Positions 35,835 to 40,814 of a stretch of 40,814 nt of DNA are shown here, piece after piece (position 1 is the first letter of the stretch; every line of letters begins with the position of its first letter). This stretch comes from Candidatus Eiseniibacteriota bacterium (lineage in GTDB: Bacteria; Eisenbacteria; RBG-16-71-46; SZUA-252). The position numbers were made by a program, and so were the translations under genes. The notes beneath the pieces are model-generated. The model ran no database searches. It was not told where the DNA came from and saw only the letters and a program-made list of their open reading frames with translations. The DNA lies in contig JANMQV010000076.1 of the NCBI GenBank assembly GCA_031370645.1, positions 1-40,814 on the forward strand, in the 5' to 3' direction.

Positions 35835-37211
35835 ATGACTCGAAGAATCGTTCTGGCCCTCGCGGCCATCGTGATCGCCGCCGGCTGCGCCGGCTCGTCC
35901 AAACTCACCGACAAGAGTGAGGAGAAGCTAGCGGGCGGAAACGCCTGGGGGGCGTGGCAACTCGCGACCCGCGCGCTCGACAAGGAGCCGGGCAATCCGC
36001 GCGCTCGCGCGGCGGCCACCGCGGCCGGCGCTTCGATCGCCCAGGAGTGGCAGCGGAAAATTCACGCGCTCGCGGATCTCGACAGCGTGAACGCGGCCGA
36101 GGAAGTGCTGAATCTCGCCGAGTTCCGGGCGAACGCGGCGCGTTACGCCACGATTCCGGTCGGCGCCGAGTGGCCGGCGGAAGAGCGGGCGCTTCTTGCA
36201 AGCGCGGCCCGCTATCACTATCAGCGCGGGCTCGAGGCTGCGAATTCAAGCCGTCCCAAGAAGGCGTGCGCCGAATTCGCCAACGCCGAACGGTTCGTTC
36301 CCGGTTACCGCGACGTGGCGAAGCGCGCCGATCGCGCGTTGGGCGAGGCGCTCACGCGCGTTGCGCTCGTGCCGTTCCGCGCCTCCTCCGAGGATCCCAC
36401 GCTCGGCGTCAACGTGGCGCAGGCGTGGCGCGACAATCTCTCGCAGAATCTCGCGCCGCCGGCGGCGCCCTTCACGCGCATTCTCGGCGGCGACGCCATC
36501 GAACGCTCCATGACGATCTCCGAACTGGAAGGGCTCTCGCGCGAACAGGCGATTCGCCTCGGCCGGAGGTCGGGTGCCGACCGCGTCGTGTGGGGCTCGA
36601 TCGGCCGCGTTCGCTCGTCCACGAAAATGAACTTCTTCCGTGATTCGGTCGCGCGTCGCGTCACCGAGCGCCAAGCGAACGGCACGGAGACGGATCGCTG
36701 GGTCGAGGTTCCGATCGAAGTCGTCGCGCGCGTGCGCGATGTGACGGTCGGCGTCGATTACGAAGTCATTTCGGTGACGAGCGGCGTTTCGATCGCCCAT
36801 CGCCACGTCGACCGCGCCACGACCGCGCGTGTCGTCTGGACGTCGCAGCAACTCGATGGCGATCCCTCGTCCTACTCGCTCGTTTCGGAAACGGTACGCG
36901 CGTCGAATCCCGACCGGGTGAAGGATGTCGAGACGCGCTGGCGCTCGGTCTGCGGCGACGCGACCACGCTGGCGCAGGTGATTCAGGCGCGCCGCTCGGC
37001 GGGATCGAACGGCCGGTACGCCCGCGAATCGCTGCCGCGGTTCCTGGCGGGCGCGGCGTTCGTCTTCCTCGAAGATCTGCCGCCGGCCGGGGATCTCGCC
37101 TATGCGGCGCTGGCGCAGGGTTCCGCGCCGCTTCGCGACGATCTCCTTCGGCTCGACGCCATCGACGACGTCGATCTGGGCATGGAGGGACTCGACTCCC
37201 GTTCGCGCTAA
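35835..37211 (+). CDS. Uncharacterised lipoprotein (helical/TPR-like N-terminus, possible CsgG/TolB-N-like alpha/beta domain)
   Basis: Lipobox AAG-C; PGYRDV; RVALVPF..AIRLGRRSGADRVVWGSI. Confidence 0.8.
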   Translation: MTRRIVLALAAIVIAAGCAGSSKLTDKSEEKLAGGNAWGAWQLATRALDKEPGNPRARAAATAAGASIAQEWQRKIHALADLDSVNAAEEVLNLAEFRANAARYATIPVGAEWPAEERALLASAARYHYQRGLEAANSSRPKKACAEFANAERFVPGYRDVAKRADRALGEALTRVALVPFRASSEDPTLGVNVAQAWRDNLSQNLAPPAAPFTRILGGDAIERSMTISELEGLSREQAIRLGRRSGADRVVWGSIGRVRSSTKMNFFRDSVARRVTERQANGTETDRWVEVPIEVVARVRDVTVGVDYEVISVTSGVSIAHRHVDRATTARVVWTSQQLDGDPSSYSLVSETVRASNPDRVKDVETRWRSVCGDATTLAQVIQARRSAGSNGRYARESLPRFLAGAAFVFLEDLPPAGDLAYAALAQGSAPLRDDLLRLDAIDDVDLGMEGLDSRSR

Positions 37212-37759
37212 GCCGCGGGAGGCCGCTCGGGGGCGTTCTTAAGCACCTCGAGAAACTGCGTGTAGGCGGCACGGGCTTGATTGAAATCGCTCCGAGTGAG
37301 ATTCATCTCGGTGGCGATGCGGCGAATCTCGCCATCCTCGGCGGATGAGATGCTCTCGTCCGCCGAGGAAACGGCGAAGAGCGATTCCAGGAGCTGCACC
37401 TTCTGCTCCTGGGTGGCCATCTTGTAGAACTCCCGCGTGACCAAGTAATTCTCCGTCGACCCGAAGAGAAGCGTCTGCGTCTTCGCCATCTGGACGACCA
37501 AGATGGCTTCCTCTTCTTCCAGCCCTCCCAACTCGCGGAGGATTCGCTCCATGGCGCGAACTTCGGTGGCACTGATCTCCTGGTCCGCGTTCGCGACACG
37601 GCTCAGGATGTAGGCGAACGAAGCGATGTATCGCGCCCGCTCCGGCTCCAACTGATCCAACGCATCCACGATCTTCCGCACCGTCTCGGGCGCCGACGGG
37701 GAACCGCCTCCACCACCTCCGCCGAGACGATCGAGCCCCAAGAACTTCAAGATCGACAT
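37208..37759 (-). CDS. TerB-family (tellurite resistance / DjlA-N-like) protein
   Basis: Two AD-x-x-IS-x-x-E motifs (VANADQEISATE, VSSADESISSAE); RBS GAGAGG. Confidence 0.88.
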   Translation of the reverse strand: MSILKFLGLDRLGGGGGGGSPSAPETVRKIVDALDQLEPERARYIASFAYILSRVANADQEISATEVRAMERILRELGGLEEEEAILVVQMAKTQTLLFGSTENYLVTREFYKMATQEQKVQLLESLFAVSSADESISSAEDGEIRRIATEMNLTRSDFNQARAAYTQFLEVLKNAPERPPAA

Positions 37760-37784
37760 GTTTCGATGCCTCTCGGTCCCGCGC

Positions 37785-38180
37785 TCATGAATCGAGGATC
37801 TTGTGAAGCTCCTCCGTGACGTCGAGCATATTCACCGTGTGATCGGGCTGCTTCCAGAGCGTCTTGCCGTCGGTAGAGCGGATCACGAGGCCGTGCGACT
37901 TGAAGCCGAGCCCCTTGATCTCGGCGCGCGCCTCGGGCGTCGTCACGTCCACGTTTCGCGCCGTCACCTTTCCCGGAAAGTCCTCTTCGAGCCCGCTCAC
38001 GGCGGGCTTCAGCTGCTGACAAACCATTCAGAGAGGGAGGTAGTAGTAGGTCACGACGACCGCGTCGACCTTGGTCCGGGACGCGCCGTTTCCGCCGCCG
38101 CAGCCCGCGAACACTCCGATCACGAGCAACGCCGCAAGCGCCAATCCCGCCTGCCATGAGAAGTGCTGCCGTTTTGTCAT
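37785..38180 (-). CDS. Probable selenoprotein: thioredoxin-fold lipoprotein with a UxxC motif (131 aa, Sec51 encoded by TGA at 38028-38030)
   Basis: In-frame translation: MTKRQHFSWQAGLALAALLVIGVFAGCGGGNGASRTKVDAVVVTYYYLPL-[TGA]-MVCQQLKPAVSGLEEDFPGKVTARNVDV... Lipobox FAG-C27. The TGA sits at the first position of the Trx CxxC motif and is followed by a SECIS-like hairpin. Confidence 0.85.
37990..38008 (-). other. Candidate bacterial SECIS element
   Basis: The mRNA reads AGCCCGC-CGUGA-GCGGGCU: a 7-bp stem and 5-nt loop with G at loop position 2. The stem starts 20 nt and the loop 27 nt after the UGA. Confidence 0.7.
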
Positions 38181-38311
38181 CCGGGCCCCCAGGGTCTGAG
38201 TTCGGTGACTTTGTCACCGCCAATGCGAGGAGCAGGCTCCCATCCTGCCGACCCTCGGGCTCTCCCGTCAACCGTAGCCCTGCACTCCTGCTTCGAGCCG
38301 GCCAATTCTTC

Positions 38312-38437
38312 GTTGACCGCGCCGCGGCCCTCATCTCGGCGAACAGCCAATCTCCGTTCTTGGTGAACTTCGGTGGCGACCTCTAACGGCTCGGCCACAT
38401 TCTCAATCCGAAAACCGGCTGGCCCGTGGAGGACGCG
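38312..38437 (+). pseudogene. apbE: Remnant of an ApbE-family FAD:protein FMN transferase gene
   Basis: One frame reads VDRAAALISANSQSPFLVNFGGDL*RLGHILNPKTGWPVEDA. These are two ApbE hallmark motifs (VNxGGD and HIxxPxTGxP) joined by an in-frame TAA, with the segment between them missing. Confidence 0.75.
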
Positions 38438-38600
38438 TCTAGCGGACTCCATCGCGATTCCCTGCCAACAGTTCCCCCGCCCCGTGTATCTCAACTCAGG
38501 CTACCGGTCGAACCGGCTCCTCACATTCTGGGGCGCGGGCTTGTAACACGCAGGCCCACCAACGGTTGCGGCCACGGCGGTAGAGTCCGTCTTCGTTACG

Positions 38601-38636
38601 AAATCGCGGCGTAACCTTTCGCCGCGATTTTCCGTA
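38601..38636 (+). promoter_or_regulatory. 11-bp inverted repeat overlapping a possible ECF-sigma promoter
   Basis: aaatcgcggcg-N8-cgccgcgattt (38601-38630). GTAACC (38611-38616)-N16-CGTA (38633-38636) lies upstream of the exporter operon. Confidence 0.4.
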
Positions 38637-38704
38637 CTCTTACCACGAACGGAATCCCCGCCCGTAACACCCAGACTCGGTAGTCATTAGGAGGCCGCAG
38701 AGCC

Positions 38705-39976
38705 ATGAAGAAGAAACCCCTCTTGATCGGGGCCGCAGTCCTTTTGGTCGCCGTCATCGTGACTGGGATGGCCATGCGCGGCCGTGGCGACAAGGCGCCG
38801 GAAGTTCAGACCGCCAAGGTCAGCCGGCAGAAGATCGTTCAGAAGGTGAGCGCGACCGGGAAGATCCAGCCGAAGACCCAGGTCGAGATCAGCGCCGACG
38901 TCAGCGCGAAGATCAAGAAACTCCCGGTCGTGGAAGGACAGCACGTCGAGAAGGGGCAATTCCTGGTCGGACTCGATCGGGAGCGATACGTCGCCGCGGT
39001 GGAGAGCGCCGAAGCGAACGTCAGCTCGGCCCAGGCGAACGCCACCCTCGTGCGCGAGAACATGAACCGCGCCGGGAACGAATTCAAACGATCGAAGGAA
39101 CTCCTCGCGGGCGGCCTCGAATCGCAGTCGGCGTTCGAAGCGAAGCAGGCCGAATACCAGGTTGAAGTCGCGCGCTACAAATCAAACCAGGACAATGTCG
39201 AGCAGGCGAAGGCCGCCCTGAAGCAGGCGCGCGACGACCTCTCGAAGACGACGATCTACGCGCCGATGGCCGGCACGATCAGCTCCTTGAACAAGGAGGA
39301 GGGTGAAATCGCCCTCGGCTCTCAGTTCCAGAAGGACGTGATCTTGATCATCGCCGATCTCCGCGAGATGGAGGCCCAGGTGAACGTGGACGAAAACGAC
39401 ATCGTCTCGATCGTGGTGGGGCAGCCCGCCGAGATCGAGGTCGACGCCATGCTCGATCACAAGCTCGAGGGCGTCGTCTACGAGATCTCGAACAGTGCGA
39501 ATGTGGCTGGGACCGGGACGGCCGATCAGAAGACCGAGTTCGAGATCAAGATCGCGATCAAGAATCCCCCCCCGACGCTTCGCCCGGGCATGACGGCGAG
39601 TTCGGACATCGTGACGAAGACGAACGAGAACGCGCTGAGCGTGCCGCTCCAGAGCGTCGCGGTTCGGACGGTCGATCAGCTGAAGAAGAAGGGCGAAAAG
39701 CAGAAGGACGCCGAAGCCCGCTACAAGGCCGACAAGGACGGCTTCGTCGAAATCGTCTTCTGCGTCGAGGCCGGAAAGGCCGTGGCGAAGCAGGTGAAGA
39801 CCGGCATCCAGAGCGACGACTTGATCGAGATCGTAGATGGGCTGAAAGAGGGAGAGGAGATCGTGAGCGGGAGCTACCGCGCGATTTCCAAGGACCTCGA
39901 AAACGGAGCCGTCGTGACGATCACCAAGGAGCCGAAGAAGGAAGACGGAGGGAAGGCGAGTGCCTCACGAGGGTAA
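38705..39976 (+). CDS. Periplasmic adaptor (membrane fusion protein), MacA/YknX-like
   Basis: RBS AGGAGG; N-terminal [21 protein letters not shown]; coiled coil; [26 protein letters not shown]. Confidence 0.95.
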   Translation: MKKKPLLIGAAVLLVAVIVTGMAMRGRGDKAPEVQTAKVSRQKIVQKVSATGKIQPKTQVEISADVSAKIKKLPVVEGQHVEKGQFLVGLDRERYVAAVESAEANVSSAQANATLVRENMNRAGNEFKRSKELLAGGLESQSAFEAKQAEYQVEVARYKSNQDNVEQAKAALKQARDDLSKTTIYAPMAGTISSLNKEEGEIALGSQFQKDVILIIADLREMEAQVNVDENDIVSIVVGQPAEIEVDAMLDHKLEGVVYEISNSANVAGTGTADQKTEFEIKIAIKNPPPTLRPGMTASSDIVTKTNENALSVPLQSVAVRTVDQLKKKGEKQKDAEARYKADKDGFVEIVFCVEAGKAVAKQVKTGIQSDDLIEIVDGLKEGEEIVSGSYRAISKDLENGAVVTITKEPKKEDGGKASASRG

Positions 39977-39980
39977 CGGC

Positions 39981-40721
39981 GTGACCGCGGCGCCGACGTT
40001 GCGACTTCGGGACGTGGTGAAGACCTACCCGATGGGGAGCGAGATCGTCCGCGCCCTGAACGGCGTCTCGCTCGACGTCGCGAAGAACGAGTACGTCGCG
40101 ATCATGGGGCCGTCGGGCTCGGGGAAGTCGACGCTGATGAACATCATCGGCTGCCTCGACGTGCCGACGTCCGGCACCTACACGCTGGAGGGGCAGGCGG
40201 TGGCCGCGATGGCCGAAGACCAGCTGGCCGAGATCCGGAATCGGCGGATCGGCTTCGTCTTTCAGACCTTCAACCTGATCCCTCGCTCCGACGTCTTTCA
40301 CAACGTGGAGCTCCCGCTGATCTACGCAGGAGTTTCCCGGCCGGAACGCCGCCGCCGCGCGGAGACGGCGCTTGCGCGGGTCGGGCTCGGCGACCGCATG
40401 AAGCACCGGCCGAATGAACTCTCGGGCGGGCAGCGCCAGCGCGTGGCCATCGCGCGCGCGTTGGTCCACAACCCTTCCATCATTCTCGCCGACGAGCCGA
40501 CCGGCAATCTCGACACGAAGACCGGCGACAGCATCATGGAGATGCTCGACCAGCTCCACGCCGCGGGACAGACGATCATCCTCGTGACCCACGAGGAGTA
40601 CATCGCCGCCTATGCGCGGCGGACCGTCCGGCTTCGCGACGGCTTGATCGAGAGCGATCTCCCGAGCGGCGGAACGCGCGCGGCGGGCGAGCCGCTGCTT
40701 GCGGAGGCGCTCGCGGGATGA
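39981..40721 (+). CDS. ABC transporter ATP-binding protein (MacB/LolD/YknY-like)
   Basis: [44 protein letters not shown] and VTHE. GTG at 39981 preferred; 39960 is an alternative. Confidence 0.96.
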   Translation: MTAAPTLRLRDVVKTYPMGSEIVRALNGVSLDVAKNEYVAIMGPSGSGKSTLMNIIGCLDVPTSGTYTLEGQAVAAMAEDQLAEIRNRRIGFVFQTFNLIPRSDVFHNVELPLIYAGVSRPERRRRAETALARVGLGDRMKHRPNELSGGQRQRVAIARALVHNPSIILADEPTGNLDTKTGDSIMEMLDQLHAAGQTIILVTHEEYIAAYARRTVRLRDGLIESDLPSGGTRAAGEPLLAEALAG

Positions 40722-40814
40722 GGCCGGCCTACGATCTCATGGAATCACTGCAGATCGCCCTTCAGGCCCTCCGGGCGAACAAGGCGCGCGGCGCGCTCAC
40801 GACCCTCGGGATCA
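40718..40814 (+). CDS. ABC transporter permease (MacB/FtsX family), N-terminal fragment cut by the window edge
   Basis: ATGA overlap with the ATPase stop. [32 protein letters not shown] is a typical MacB-permease N-terminus. Confidence 0.85.
   Translation, partial: MRPAYDLMESLQIALQALRANKARGALTTLGI

Noticed and set aside
37785-38027. 80-aa ORF starting MVCQQ as a complete gene
   Set aside because: It lacks the first Trx strand and has no SD sequence. The in-frame upstream signal peptide and UxxC motif argue for read-through from 38180.
38384-38386. Stop in the apbE fragment as another recoding event
   Set aside because: It is TAA, not TGA or TAG, and it coincides with a large deletion, so decay is the simpler explanation.
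37747-38494. ORFs 37747..38334 (-), 38177..38494 (-) and 38156..38386 (+) as functional genes
   Set aside because: The first two have no recognisable motifs and conflict with the selenoprotein frame. The third is meaningful only in its last ~25 codons (the apbE relic).

Overview
GC-rich bacterial chromosomal window. The FlgD-Ig C-terminal domain, expanded kinase-TPR proteins and several GT-C enzymes suggest an Eisenbacteria/Latescibacteria-like lineage; this is inference only. I count about 25 probable CDSs and saw no rRNA, tRNA, CRISPR array or mobile element. In order: a >1,820-aa secreted LamG/Ig/copper-radical-oxidase/FN3 protein running off the left edge (missing from the ORF track); citrate synthase; two uncharacterised exported proteins, one behind a near-consensus sigma-54 promoter; three Hanks-type kinase-TPR proteins, one also carrying a degenerate cyclase and a STAND-type ATPase; a lipocalin and chalcone-isomerase-like pair; three GT-C glycosyltransferases; a Vps62/NPP1-motif lipoprotein fused to a probable beta-barrel; an ArsR-SRPBCC-DoxX operon with promoter and operator; a glycine-zipper lipoprotein; an M12 metalloprotease-PA14-beta-helix-FlgD protein; a short-form Rho; a lipoprotein; TerB; and a MacA/YknX-type ABC exporter. 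The best hidden signal is a thioredoxin-fold lipoprotein (37785..38180, minus) whose in-frame TGA forms a UxxC motif and is followed by a SECIS-like hairpin. It is probably a selenoprotein co-transcribed with terB, and it lies next to a decayed apbE remnant. All family assignments come from motif recognition by eye; no database searches were run.
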